From a virus (taxonomy: Duplodnaviria > Heunggongvirae > Uroviricota > Caudoviricetes), in the IMG/VR virus record IMGVR_UViG_3300020045_008999, positions 512,001 through 576,000 of that record: DNA of 64,000 nt, one strand, 5' to 3'. The stretch's first letter is position 1; each line of letters begins with the position of its first letter. The translations under genes were made by a program, and so were the position numbers. The notes under the pieces are model-generated. The model searched no databases and was not told the origin of the DNA. It saw nothing but the letters and a program-made list of their open reading frames with translations. Below are positions 40,106 to 50,098 of the stretch, one piece after another.

Positions 40106-40750
40106 ATGATTAAATTAAAACCAAATAGGGAATATAATTTTCGTTTAATGCCCGGTAATTGTAACAACCATATACAAATGGTTAAAGTGTGTGTAGAATC
40201 CAATCATAGGCCATTTATTTTACATAAATACTTCACAGTCGTATTAACTAACGATGATAAGTTAGATGTATTGGTATTTGGAAAACAAATCAATAATTTT
40301 ATACAATCAGTGTATAACGGTTATTGTGGCACATCAGAGGGTTACTTTTTATTATCGCATACATCAACCGAAATAGATCATTACTATGGGACTAGCGATA
40401 AATCATACTTGAATATTTATGAATCTGAAGACTACCTTCAATATACAGACGTTGTATTGTATGAACCATGTATACTACATGACCTTAGTTCGGAAAGAAT
40501 ATTATCATTTAGAACGCGCACGACACAAAACTTACTGGACATATATAATGTAGGTACAATCAATTCAGAACCTTTAATCAATAGTGTAAAGTATAATGAA
40601 TTAATAAATTCATGTCTAACAGATGATTTAATACAAAATGCCATTACCGAATTTAAACAAATGTACTTGGATTTGGCAGCACCTCACATAGTACATTTTG
40701 ATGATGCAGCAGTTAAGTATTATCAAGAATCATTATTAATAAAGCTATAG
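40106..40750 (+). CDS. Hypothetical protein (weak gp32-like motifs)
   Basis: FRLMP, KYFTVV, VFGKQI. Confidence 0.5.
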   Translation: MIKLKPNREYNFRLMPGNCNNHIQMVKVCVESNHRPFILHKYFTVVLTNDDKLDVLVFGKQINNFIQSVYNGYCGTSEGYFLLSHTSTEIDHYYGTSDKSYLNIYESEDYLQYTDVVLYEPCILHDLSSERILSFRTRTTQNLLDIYNVGTINSEPLINSVKYNELINSCLTDDLIQNAITEFKQMYLDLAAPHIVHFDDAAVKYYQESLLIKL

Positions 40751-40833
40751 AACAAGTATTGTGTTTCTATTTAATTGGTGATTTAAAGCATATTCGGTAT
40801 ATTTGTTGAATATTAACTTAAGCATACACTACC

Positions 40834-41760
40834 ATGAATCAAAATATAAACAAAATACAAATTGGCGATTCGATAAATGATTTAGTTGTTTCTTCATTTA
40901 GTGAAAAAAGTTGCAAATTCACAAACACTTTAGACAATTCAGTAAAGACCATGAGGTGGACAACCGTTAATAAAATGTTATTAACTGATTGGAAATCATT
41001 AAAGAGCCGTACTAATAAAGACATTTTTGTTGATTTTACAAATAAAAAAACTGTTTTGGATTATTTTAACAGTTTTAATAAATGGGCCATCGCATTGCGA
41101 ATGATTAATATAGGCACCCAGATCATAGTTGATGTGTGTGATAATGTTTTATTATATAATGGGATTTATTACGTAGCCGGTCCAAAAGGATATGGTGATA
41201 AACAAGAAATACCGAATGGACTTTATTGTGTGCGGGTATATGAACTGAAATCACAAACATATAATGCTATAAATAACGTATATGTTTTTGAGGTCATTGA
41301 AAAAGTTACCCTAGAACAAATTAAAGATGCGAACTATCGCAACACAAGATCATATAGAGATATGTCCGATGGGGAATTATTTGAATATTTTAATTCAATT
41401 GACTTATTTAAAGTATCTGGGAGGGAACTTGATTTCATTAAATCTAATATGATTTTATTTTTTGATAAATATTTACCATATACCGCTAAAAATGGTGTGG
41501 TTATAAATAAATGGTTGAATTTCAAATCCCCATTGGTATGTAATCGGTCCGGTTTAATATACATTGATAATACCGGTGGGCCAAGTAAATGGAGTGAATT
41601 GCAGTATGGTCTTACCATCCGATTCAATCCTAGTTTTTCGAACGAATCGTGTTATTCACAATCAATTTCAATAAACAGTTTAGGCCCCGAAGCACTGGAA
41701 GCTGCTGCAAATGTGATACAAAAATCTTGTGATTTATATAAAGCTAAAGCATTATCTTAA
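40834..41760 (+). CDS. Hypothetical protein
   Basis: 308 aa; TTG-N20-TATATTTG at 40775-40805. Confidence 0.6.
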   Translation: MNQNINKIQIGDSINDLVVSSFSEKSCKFTNTLDNSVKTMRWTTVNKMLLTDWKSLKSRTNKDIFVDFTNKKTVLDYFNSFNKWAIALRMINIGTQIIVDVCDNVLLYNGIYYVAGPKGYGDKQEIPNGLYCVRVYELKSQTYNAINNVYVFEVIEKVTLEQIKDANYRNTRSYRDMSDGELFEYFNSIDLFKVSGRELDFIKSNMILFFDKYLPYTAKNGVVINKWLNFKSPLVCNRSGLIYIDNTGGPSKWSELQYGLTIRFNPSFSNESCYSQSISINSLGPEALEAAANVIQKSCDLYKAKALS

Positions 41761-41765
41761 AAATT

Positions 41766-42386
41766 ATGGACACTAGCACTGAGGTATTTTACCAACACCA
41801 TCTAGTTGATGTAGAACCGGTTAGGGTAAAAATTATCCAATCATATAAACACCGCGTTGAAATTTGTAGAGATTTTAATAGCAACAGTGGGTTCTTTGTG
41901 GATAAAACGGAATTAATTTATATTACTAAAAAAAATATGACACTTAAAAAAGGCAATCCAATATTATTGGAATCTAACAAACCCACATTTAAATTAGTGA
42001 TTTGGTTTGATGTAAATGACCACCCAGTCAGTGAGACCATTTTAATTGATGAATTTTTATATAATTCAGATACTAAATTCAGAAGCTCGGTCGATCTGCT
42101 ATTGATTAATTTACGATTCGCTATTGAATTAGATGCAAAGGGTCGTCGAGGATATGACGAGATATGGAGAATGCTGCATTATCACTATGGCGAAACCACC
42201 ATTGGATGTTATCTAAAATCAATTTCTGATGAAGATGACAAATTACATGAAGATGCAACTGAATACCCGGTATTGCGTTTCGAAATTCCAAAAGAATCCG
42301 ATAGTGGTTTTTATGGATATTTTACTAGATGCGAACTTACTTATTTTGATGAAACGGGACGAGAGCACACTGCATCATTTGAATAA
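41766..42386 (+). CDS. Hypothetical protein
   Basis: 206 aa. Confidence 0.55.
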   Translation: MDTSTEVFYQHHLVDVEPVRVKIIQSYKHRVEICRDFNSNSGFFVDKTELIYITKKNMTLKKGNPILLESNKPTFKLVIWFDVNDHPVSETILIDEFLYNSDTKFRSSVDLLLINLRFAIELDAKGRRGYDEIWRMLHYHYGETTIGCYLKSISDEDDKLHEDATEYPVLRFEIPKESDSGFYGYFTRCELTYFDETGREHTASFE

Positions 42387-42453
42387 TAACTAATCGAGTA
42401 AAATTATTAACACGCAGCAAGACTATACAAGTCACTGTTATAAAACATCTATT

Positions 42454-42726
42454 ATGTATAATGCAAAAGACATCAAATTTACTGGCAAGCACGATTATGA
42501 TAAAGAAAATTCATTGAGTGAAGCTGGGTGGAATAAAACATTTTCAGTTGGTATTTTTAAATGGGAATTAAAAAGCAATGGGAAATCAATGAAGAAAGGG
42601 AAAATTGTTGTCCGGGTATCTGGGCTAGTTGAGCATAAAGAAAGAGTTTTTGACTATGCTGAAAAAGTAGTAAAGGATCTAGATTCGGATTCATGGGATG
42701 GTAGAAAGACCGTTTCTGTAAAATAG
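42454..42726 (+). CDS. Hypothetical protein
   Basis: 90 aa; flanked by imperfect inverted ends. Confidence 0.6.
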   Translation: MYNAKDIKFTGKHDYDKENSLSEAGWNKTFSVGIFKWELKSNGKSMKKGKIVVRVSGLVEHKERVFDYAEKVVKDLDSDSWDGRKTVSVK

Positions 42727-42752
42727 TTTATAAACTGGATCATAATTTATAT

Positions 42753-42791
42753 AAAAAACCCCCCCCGAGGCATCGGGGGGGTTTTGTTTTT
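42753..42791. terminator. Bidirectional intrinsic terminator
   Basis: AAAACCCCCCCCGA-GGCA-TCGGGGGGTTTT. Confidence 0.75.
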
Positions 42792-43551
42792 ATTTTTTGA
42801 CCATGTAGAAAAATGCTACTTGGCTCATGTTTTTTATTTCTTCTTCGACTTCTTTCATTTCTTCACCACCTTGACTAACCATATCTGATGAATTATAAGT
42901 TACACCACCAGGTAAAGTGAATGAGTACCTACCCATTAAGTTACCGGCTTGTTTTTTGGCCCATCCAATAACATACTTCTGGAACAAATCATCCGCATAT
43001 AGAAATTCAGGTTGAATGTTTGCATATACCTCTAATATCAAATCATATTTAACCCTAGTCAATACATTCAATTGACTATTCATTTCATTAAAATGAAATT
43101 TGGTAGTGTATAAATTCATCTGATTCAACATATCTGACATCGATGTTAATATGGTTTTATACACCCCGAGCTCGCCTATGGTACTAATATAACTACTCAG
43201 GTAGGGAGTATTGTTGCTCGAACCCATGTTAACTGATAGGTTAGGTGAGTTCATTCCCAACTGAAATAAAGACTCACTTCGCATCTGGTAAATGTAGCTA
43301 ATCGATTGAATTTCGCACGGTAGTGTAAGGTAACTGAATTTTGTATATTCCTCAGTTTCGAACGCTTGTTTTGAAACATAGTAATACATTTTACTCAGTG
43401 CATATTGATAATTACGATAAAACCATTTTGCTGCCCTTGTTTCTACAAATAATCGAATCGAATTATCCGGAAGTGTTTTTGGTAAAGTACAACCAAATGT
43501 AATATCCATTTGTACAATATCAATAAGCTCTTCGATAGTAAGTGAATTCAT
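42790..43551 (-). CDS. Neck/head-completion protein (T4 gp13-like)
   Basis: KYVIGWAKKQAG...TLPGGVTYN...EEMKEVEEEIK. Confidence 0.8.
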   Translation of the reverse strand: MNSLTIEELIDIVQMDITFGCTLPKTLPDNSIRLFVETRAAKWFYRNYQYALSKMYYYVSKQAFETEEYTKFSYLTLPCEIQSISYIYQMRSESLFQLGMNSPNLSVNMGSSNNTPYLSSYISTIGELGVYKTILTSMSDMLNQMNLYTTKFHFNEMNSQLNVLTRVKYDLILEVYANIQPEFLYADDLFQKYVIGWAKKQAGNLMGRYSFTLPGGVTYNSSDMVSQGGEEMKEVEEEIKNMSQVAFFYMVKK

Positions 43552-43656
43552 GATCAGTAATAATTTTTATAATCTATATATTAAAATCTGAAACTAGATA
43601 CATCGCCTAGATCTAATCCAATATTTTTATATATAGGTGTAAACTATATTTTACCA

Positions 43657-44682
43657 ATGTTATTACATATTAAAAATTTCAAATCATTCTTAAATGAAAA
43701 TTTACAACTTGCTAATAAGGTGTTTTTCAATACCGGTGAATTAGATGAAGATGAAAAGGAAGCTGTGTTGAGAATTACCAATGGTGATAGTTACACCAAT
43801 GTTATGTCCGGCATATTACATCTTTTCAAAAAAGGGGAATATAAATGGAATGGGGTTGATGATTTGGGATTTTATTATAAGTGTTTGAAAAAATATGACA
43901 AAATGGTATTCCCTATTGTAGATTTTAATAGTGTGGACACGGTTAACGTTGATTCGGATTTCATAGGTTCATTACTGATAAGAGACAAAATTATCAAAGA
44001 AATGGAAAAGATACCATCCGTTGGTATTAGAAATTTAAAATACGAAATACGAACACCAAGAGCTTATCAAGATCTCTCTAGGTATTTCGATTTGTTGGAA
44101 TACTTCATTCCACATCTCAGTTATTTATCGAACCGCCCACTGGAAGTTCGTAATAAGATATGTGACAAAATGTTCCGTAACAACACATCAATGGATAAAT
44201 TAATTGATTTCGTTGAGACCAAGGAAAATTTGATCGGTGGCATACCAATTACCAGAGAAGATATTTTAGAAATGGTAGATGAATATAGTTATGATCTAAG
44301 TATTATACACAATGATGGAAATTATATGGTGGTAGCGGTTGAGTCGCTTGACGGTATCAACCAAATAGGGGCCAATTCGTTATGGTGTTTTACATATGGA
44401 CATTCAAACTACACAGACTGGAACCGATATTCATATAATGACACCGTTTATGTAATAATTGACTTTAGTGTGTCTAGCGAAGACTCATCTTTCATGCACG
44501 TTATAATTAAACCCATTCAGTTTGATGTAAACGATGAAGAAGATCAGAATGGTGAAGATGACGAAATCAATGCGGAAACTATTTTTGATATGGCTAACAA
44601 TTCATTATATAGACCATTAAATTTTTTAGGACAAAGCATTGGTTTGGAAAAGGCAGAAGAATTACTGACATTCAATTATTAA
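43657..44682 (+). CDS. Hypothetical protein with capsid-targeting-like N-terminus and 'WC' domain
   Basis: HIKNFKSFLNEN; GANSLWCF. Confidence 0.65.
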   Translation: MLLHIKNFKSFLNENLQLANKVFFNTGELDEDEKEAVLRITNGDSYTNVMSGILHLFKKGEYKWNGVDDLGFYYKCLKKYDKMVFPIVDFNSVDTVNVDSDFIGSLLIRDKIIKEMEKIPSVGIRNLKYEIRTPRAYQDLSRYFDLLEYFIPHLSYLSNRPLEVRNKICDKMFRNNTSMDKLIDFVETKENLIGGIPITREDILEMVDEYSYDLSIIHNDGNYMVVAVESLDGINQIGANSLWCFTYGHSNYTDWNRYSYNDTVYVIIDFSVSSEDSSFMHVIIKPIQFDVNDEEDQNGEDDEINAETIFDMANNSLYRPLNFLGQSIGLEKAEELLTFNY

Positions 44683-44987
44683 CCATGCCGAATTAACCCA
44701 AACGCATTGATGTTTAATTCATCTCGTACCTTGATACACTGATCTAGTATTTTTTGGTTGTGTTTGCTACCAGTTGGCACCCTGTGTTTAAATATAAATA
44801 TGGTTTGTAGACTTTTAATATTTATAAATGGTATTTTCTGTTTATTATATTTGAATGCCATGGCCAATGCGATAAATCCCATTGTAATTTCATCCGCAAT
44901 AATACCAGAACGTTCAAAAATTATTTTATCTTTGTATCTTGATCGGAATCCGGTATCGAATATTTCTATATACATTCCATTATTCAT
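44679..44987 (-). CDS. Hypothetical protein
   Basis: 102 aa. Confidence 0.45.
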   Translation of the reverse strand: MNNGMYIEIFDTGFRSRYKDKIIFERSGIIADEITMGFIALAMAFKYNKQKIPFINIKSLQTIFIFKHRVPTGSKHNQKILDQCIKVRDELNINAFGLIRHG

Positions 44988-45030
44988 ATTAGTTTTACTA
45001 ATATATAACTAAAAAGTTTATTCTTTCAAT

Positions 45031-45396
45031 ATGTCCAAACACACAATGCAAAAGCTTTCAGATTATCATAAAAATTGGTCAACTTTATTTGGGGAGATAG
45101 TTTCAAATAAGAAAAATGAATATAGAGAATTCATTATTAAATTTACTATCGAAATAAATAATACTAAAGAGGCCAGAGAAGTATTGATAAAATACGCGAA
45201 AGGACTTCCGGTATCTGAACAAGAAATTGTTTTTTTCAAAAAACAGGTAGTTGAAGTAGCTAAAGGAATTGGACTAGGTATTCCAGTTGTGTTACTACCT
45301 GGTGGTATAATCCTATTAGCATTTATTGTGTGGTTATCAAACAAATTCGGGATAGACATATTACCATCATATTTAAAACAAAAAAAGGAAGAATAA
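45031..45396 (+). CDS. Hypothetical membrane protein
   Basis: LLPGGIILLAFIVW hydrophobic segment. Confidence 0.55.
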   Translation: MSKHTMQKLSDYHKNWSTLFGEIVSNKKNEYREFIIKFTIEINNTKEAREVLIKYAKGLPVSEQEIVFFKKQVVEVAKGIGLGIPVVLLPGGIILLAFIVWLSNKFGIDILPSYLKQKKEE

Positions 45397-45411
45397 ATCT
45401 TCCTTTTTCTA

Positions 45412-45882
45412 TTATTTGAACATTTCAAATACTTTGAAAAACTCGGTTTTGTCATAATCTGATATTTTGGTACCCGTTATTTTTTTATATGGCGTGAAAA
45501 AAAGATCACCAAATACGGTCAAACCAATAAATCTGGACCAGGTTGAATAAACCGATCCACCCATACGTTCCATTTCTAATGCATATATCATATCTGCATA
45601 CCATTTAACTTTGATATCTACCGCCACTTTATAGGTCAAGTATATATAATCGTGTATCATTGCATGAATATCCAGCCCTGGTAAAATAGTTAAGTCTTTG
45701 ACAATGGTTGCACCATCATATTTACCGGGATTGATAACGAAAAAATCAAAGGCTGTTAAATAGAATTTCACCACACTTTCATCGCGTTGCCAAATATCTT
45801 TTAATAAGAATTCCAATTGATATCTCTTCAAATCCAAGATTTCTTTTCCTTGTATAAAGAAATAGTTTTTACTTCCAAACAT
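45412..45882 (-). CDS. DUF1353-like protein
   Basis: YDGATI, AMIHDYIY, ADMIY. Confidence 0.6.
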   Translation of the reverse strand: MFGSKNYFFIQGKEILDLKRYQLEFLLKDIWQRDESVVKFYLTAFDFFVINPGKYDGATIVKDLTILPGLDIHAMIHDYIYLTYKVAVDIKVKWYADMIYALEMERMGGSVYSTWSRFIGLTVFGDLFFTPYKKITGTKISDYDKTEFFKVFEMFK

Positions 45883-45975
45883 ATATTTAAATTACTTTTA
45901 CCTATATATTAAATCTGCCAAATACAAAACAGTATACTACTTTTTATATATACTACAAATAACATAATTCTATCA

Positions 45976-46524
45976 ATGCATATCAATAATTTTATTCAAT
46001 TTTTAAACGAAAATAATTCCAATCTGGACGAACAAATTAAGGAACTGATGATGGGTGGTAACGATCTCGAACACTTCATGGAAGCACTTGAGTTAAAGTA
46101 CGGTGATACAATATCTTTATATCATGCCACCACATTAGAAAATGCTGAAATTATCGATCAACAGGGCTTCAAATTGACATACGGAAAGAATTATAAATCA
46201 TTTGCGCACGAAGAAATAATCTATTTTCAAATAGCCAAGAGTGATTATGTCGCTACTAATAGACCAGTGTTGTACCGACTAGACGTGCCTATTGACTTTA
46301 TTGGATCATATGCTGAGGCAGACATGGACAATGTAAGTGATGTTGATACACTGATAGAATCACTTGGGGTGAATACGGATGACATGTATTCCGAATTCCG
46401 AGATTACTTCAAATATTATGTTTGGAATGATATGAGCTTTGATGGCATGGAATTATTGATAACGGATCGAAGTGGTGAAGAAATTGACATTTTCGAAGGT
46501 TTGGTACCAATTAAAGTTTCATAA
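45976..46524 (+). CDS. ADP-ribosyltransferase-fold-like protein
   Basis: LYHATT-x3-A-x2-I-x3-GF, IYF; CTS-like N-terminus. Confidence 0.5.
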   Translation: MHINNFIQFLNENNSNLDEQIKELMMGGNDLEHFMEALELKYGDTISLYHATTLENAEIIDQQGFKLTYGKNYKSFAHEEIIYFQIAKSDYVATNRPVLYRLDVPIDFIGSYAEADMDNVSDVDTLIESLGVNTDDMYSEFRDYFKYYVWNDMSFDGMELLITDRSGEEIDIFEGLVPIKVS

Positions 46525-46539
46525 TTTTATGATATAACT

Positions 46540-46566
46540 AAACTTTTATTATACATTTTAGTATAA
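46540..46566 (+). promoter_or_regulatory. Bipartite phage promoter-like motif AAACTTT-N15-TATAA
   Basis: Exact motif heading the 46580-grpE pair. Confidence 0.65.
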
Positions 46567-46579
46567 TAAAAAAAGTAAA

Positions 46580-47074
46580 TTGTATATGACAGTAAGTGTG
46601 AAACCAAGTGACTTGGTAAAAAGATGTTTATGGGACATGTATGTATATTATGTTGTTGGATCAGAAAAAATAGCGGAAGAAATTCTCAAAGAAGATATCG
46701 AGTTCGAAATATCCGAAACGGATGCTATAGTTATTGGGTTATTGAAATGTATTGAAACTAATAATCTTATACATAAATTCAATGAACATATGATACACAT
46801 GTTGAGTGTTAAATCATCTAAAAATGAAAATAGTTTGTTCATTAGAAAGAAAACCGTAGAAACCACTATCGAAAAATTTATTGGAAAGTTTCCAGACTAT
46901 TGGAATATGCCATTGGATTATAAAGTAGGCTTTTCAGATCTTCTAGTATATGTTACCGACTTACAGGCGAGTATAGAAAATTTAGAAGTTCATAAAATGA
47001 CTTTCCAGAATTGTGTATATGAGTCCTATTCGAGTGCAGCTGTTAAGAAAATATTAAACTTTATACATTATTAA
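46580..47074 (+). CDS. Hypothetical protein
   Basis: 164 aa, coupled to grpE. Confidence 0.6.
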   Translation: MYMTVSVKPSDLVKRCLWDMYVYYVVGSEKIAEEILKEDIEFEISETDAIVIGLLKCIETNNLIHKFNEHMIHMLSVKSSKNENSLFIRKKTVETTIEKFIGKFPDYWNMPLDYKVGFSDLLVYVTDLQASIENLEVHKMTFQNCVYESYSSAAVKKILNFIHY

Positions 47075-47076
47075 CT

Positions 47077-47547
47077 ATGGAAGAAATCATTAATATCATA
47101 TTAAATACCCCAAATGATACTGAGTTAGGTACCGCTATTCGAAATTTATATTACGAATCACCGGAACTTTTTGATCAAAATGATAAATATCTAAGATTGT
47201 TTGCAGAGTTTGACAACTTCAAAAAACGTTCCTATAAAGAGCGTGGGGATATTGAGAACCGGGCTAAGATGGATGCAATTGATCCGTTGCTGGAATTATA
47301 TGATGATTTATATTATTCGCTTAAAAACAGCCCAGTGGACAATGACGGCATACAAATAGTGTATGATAAATTGGGGAGAAAATTATTGACGATCGGTATT
47401 GTTGAAGTGTCCACTGAAATTTATGATTCCGAAGTACATGAAGTGATTAGTGTAATTGGAACCGGGAAAGAAATTATTGATGTTGTATCAAAGGGATATA
47501 GCATTAATGGGGTTATATATCGCTATCCGAAAGTAGTTCTAGGGTAA
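47077..47547 (+). CDS. grpE: GrpE nucleotide exchange factor
   Basis: DKYLRLFAEFDNFKKR, HEVI, VVSKGY...RYPKVV. Confidence 0.9.
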   Translation: MEEIINIILNTPNDTELGTAIRNLYYESPELFDQNDKYLRLFAEFDNFKKRSYKERGDIENRAKMDAIDPLLELYDDLYYSLKNSPVDNDGIQIVYDKLGRKLLTIGIVEVSTEIYDSEVHEVISVIGTGKEIIDVVSKGYSINGVIYRYPKVVLG

Positions 47548-47554
47548 GTATTTT

Positions 47555-47601
47555 AATACGCAAAAAAAATTTATTATTAATTTCTTTTTGCGTATTTTTT
47601 T
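47555..47601 (+). terminator. Intrinsic terminator between grpE and cas3
   Basis: AATACGCAAAAA...TTTTTGCGTATTTTTTT. Confidence 0.7.
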
Positions 47602-47650
47602 ATTAAATTAAGATCGTAATTTAGCCAACTTAAAAATTAAAGAAACATAA

Positions 47651-50026
47651 ATGAACGAACAAATAATAGATTTAAAGGAAAATAATAAAAAAATATTAGG
47701 CAAAAGAACAAACAACACGGAAGTTCCATTAATAGACCACATGAACCAGGTAAAGGATAAGGCAGAAATGATAAAGGGTAAATTTTACTATGATAGATAC
47801 AACGGGCCCAAACGTCATTATAGTGATGCTCTGTTAACCGCTGCACAATTTCATGATATAGGCAAAGCTAATCCGGTATTCCAACTAAAAGTAATGATGA
47901 CCAAACAAGACTTTGAAGATACCGAACTCATGACAGATGTAAAATATAAAAATGGTATTATACTAACTAATAAATTCAGACATAATGAGATCGGTGCGGC
48001 ATTTATGTATATTTGGACCAACGTAGAATATGAAGTAGTTAAATTGATATATTGGCACCATGGGATTTCGAAAAATAACCAGATCAATAAGACTGGGTTT
48101 AGTGAGATATTGAAAGGGGTTGATGTTGAACAAATGAAGAATATTGTCCGTGAATTAAACCCTGATATATTACTAACGGAACCCAAAGACAGTATTAACT
48201 GCCCTACCTTTTACACTACTAACATGAACATAGCTAATATCGCACTACATGAAGATGATAGTGATTTCATGACTACATTAAGTTACTTAATAAGTGCGGA
48301 CAGAATGGTATCTGGTTCATCGATTAACATTTCGAATGTAATTAATAAACAACCAGTGACTACATATACTAATCCATACAACAATGACCGATTTGCTGAT
48401 CAAGAAAGAATTGCAATGGATGCTACTCATGTAGAAGGCGGCGAAGATAAGCGAGTTACACAAATCAATGCGCCTGGTGGATTTGGCAAAACCATGGTTG
48501 GGTTATTGTGGAGTTTGAAGTCTGATAAAAGGCTAATTTGGGTTTGTCCAAGAAATTTTATTACTGAAAATATTTACGAATCGATAAAAAAAGAACTCAA
48601 GCTTCTTAATGTCAAATACAAGGTATCGTGTATTATTGCCGGTGAAGTCACTCGATCTAATTATGAAGAACTTGGTATTGTCAACGAACCAAACATCTAT
48701 GAATCGGATATAGTTGTAACTAATATAGATTCATATTTACGCCCAAATTACGAACTAAACAATGTACATGCTTCATTGAATATTCTAAATGCTGATGTGA
48801 TTTTTGACGAGTATCACGAATTGATATCTAAGAGTGGTGGAATATTTGCACTATTTTCTAAAATACTGAAAGCTAGAAATTCCTATTCTAAACATGGCAA
48901 AACTCTTTTATTGTCCGCAACACCCATCGATTTTTCAAGTCGTTGGCATGTAAAATATGGTGGTGGTTCCTATATATTACCCTCAAACGACGGACATTAT
49001 CCACCAATACATGATAAGAAATACAAAGTAACGGTGACCATTGATCAGAAGATTGTCAAAATTAATGACTTGACACTATATGTAAAAAATACAATAAAGA
49101 GTGCTCAAGAATTGGCCATTTACTATAAACATTCTAATTTATTACATCACAAGTTCCAAGAAGTCGACAAAGAAAGAATATTTGGTGAAATGATACGTTC
49201 GTATGGTGCCGGCGGCAAATATAAGAAACAACATAATTTACCTGGGTTTATAGGAACCCATGTAATACAATCATCATTAGATATATCGTTCAAACATATG
49301 GTTGAAGACGTTATATCACCATCAGCCAGTATGCAACGTTTTTCTAGATGTGATCGAGCAGGGGATTACGATAGTGTTCAATTCGGACAATCTGAGGTGA
49401 CATTCAATTTAAACACGGATAAAAGTAGTGAGACAATTTCTGAAATATTATATGAATCAGATTTAACAATTCTTTGGCACGGATATTTACGAATACATCA
49501 TCAGCCTCAAATGACAATTGCCGAACTTTATACGCTATACCGTGATTTTAATAGAGTTTATAGTTCTTCAATTACTAATTGGGTAAGTGACTGCTATAAT
49601 GATTCTAATAATAATCTATTAGCGATATACCCAATAAAGTATTTCAAGCAGAAAGCCAACAAAAATAAAAATAGCGTTCCAAATAATATAATGCGGTCAG
49701 ATAGTAACCATGTAGCATACACATGTCTTCTAGATGATGGATCTGGAAATTATATGCTCCCATTATCACAAGGTTTGTATAAAAATAGTTACCCACAAAC
49801 TTTTAAAGAGCCAGGTGATTGGAGGGAATGTATGGTTAATTTTATAGAAGAACAAAATAAATTACCAAACTCAATATTTGATTTTAGTAAATATAAAAAT
49901 AAAGGAAATAAGGTTCTAGTATGGACTGATGATAATATGCGAAAAAGCTTTAGAAATTACGACACACCATATTTATCGGTAAATGATGTATATTCGCCAA
50001 TATATGGTGTAATACGTAATAAATAA
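47651..50026 (+). CDS. cas3: CRISPR-associated HD nuclease-helicase Cas3
   Basis: LIDH, FHDIGKANPVFQ, RHNEIG, WHHG, ADRMVS; APGGFGKT, IFDEYH, LSATP, LHHKF, THVIQSSLDI, QRFSRCDR. Confidence 0.95.
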   Translation: MNEQIIDLKENNKKILGKRTNNTEVPLIDHMNQVKDKAEMIKGKFYYDRYNGPKRHYSDALLTAAQFHDIGKANPVFQLKVMMTKQDFEDTELMTDVKYKNGIILTNKFRHNEIGAAFMYIWTNVEYEVVKLIYWHHGISKNNQINKTGFSEILKGVDVEQMKNIVRELNPDILLTEPKDSINCPTFYTTNMNIANIALHEDDSDFMTTLSYLISADRMVSGSSINISNVINKQPVTTYTNPYNNDRFADQERIAMDATHVEGGEDKRVTQINAPGGFGKTMVGLLWSLKSDKRLIWVCPRNFITENIYESIKKELKLLNVKYKVSCIIAGEVTRSNYEELGIVNEPNIYESDIVVTNIDSYLRPNYELNNVHASLNILNADVIFDEYHELISKSGGIFALFSKILKARNSYSKHGKTLLLSATPIDFSSRWHVKYGGGSYILPSNDGHYPPIHDKKYKVTVTIDQKIVKINDLTLYVKNTIKSAQELAIYYKHSNLLHHKFQEVDKERIFGEMIRSYGAGGKYKKQHNLPGFIGTHVIQSSLDISFKHMVEDVISPSASMQRFSRCDRAGDYDSVQFGQSEVTFNLNTDKSSETISEILYESDLTILWHGYLRIHHQPQMTIAELYTLYRDFNRVYSSSITNWVSDCYNDSNNNLLAIYPIKYFKQKANKNKNSVPNNIMRSDSNHVAYTCLLDDGSGNYMLPLSQGLYKNSYPQTFKEPGDWRECMVNFIEEQNKLPNSIFDFSKYKNKGNKVLVWTDDNMRKSFRNYDTPYLSVNDVYSPIYGVIRNK

Positions 50027-50059
50027 TTTTTTATTAGCCAGTATGTCAAATATAACTAT

Positions 50060-50067
50060 TATATTTG
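50060..50067 (+). promoter_or_regulatory. Bacteroidota -7 element TATATTTG ahead of the Cascade genes
   Basis: In the 72-nt cas3-cas7 gap. Confidence 0.55.
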
Positions 50068-50098
50068 CTTCATTAATAAATAATCTTAGTAAAACATT

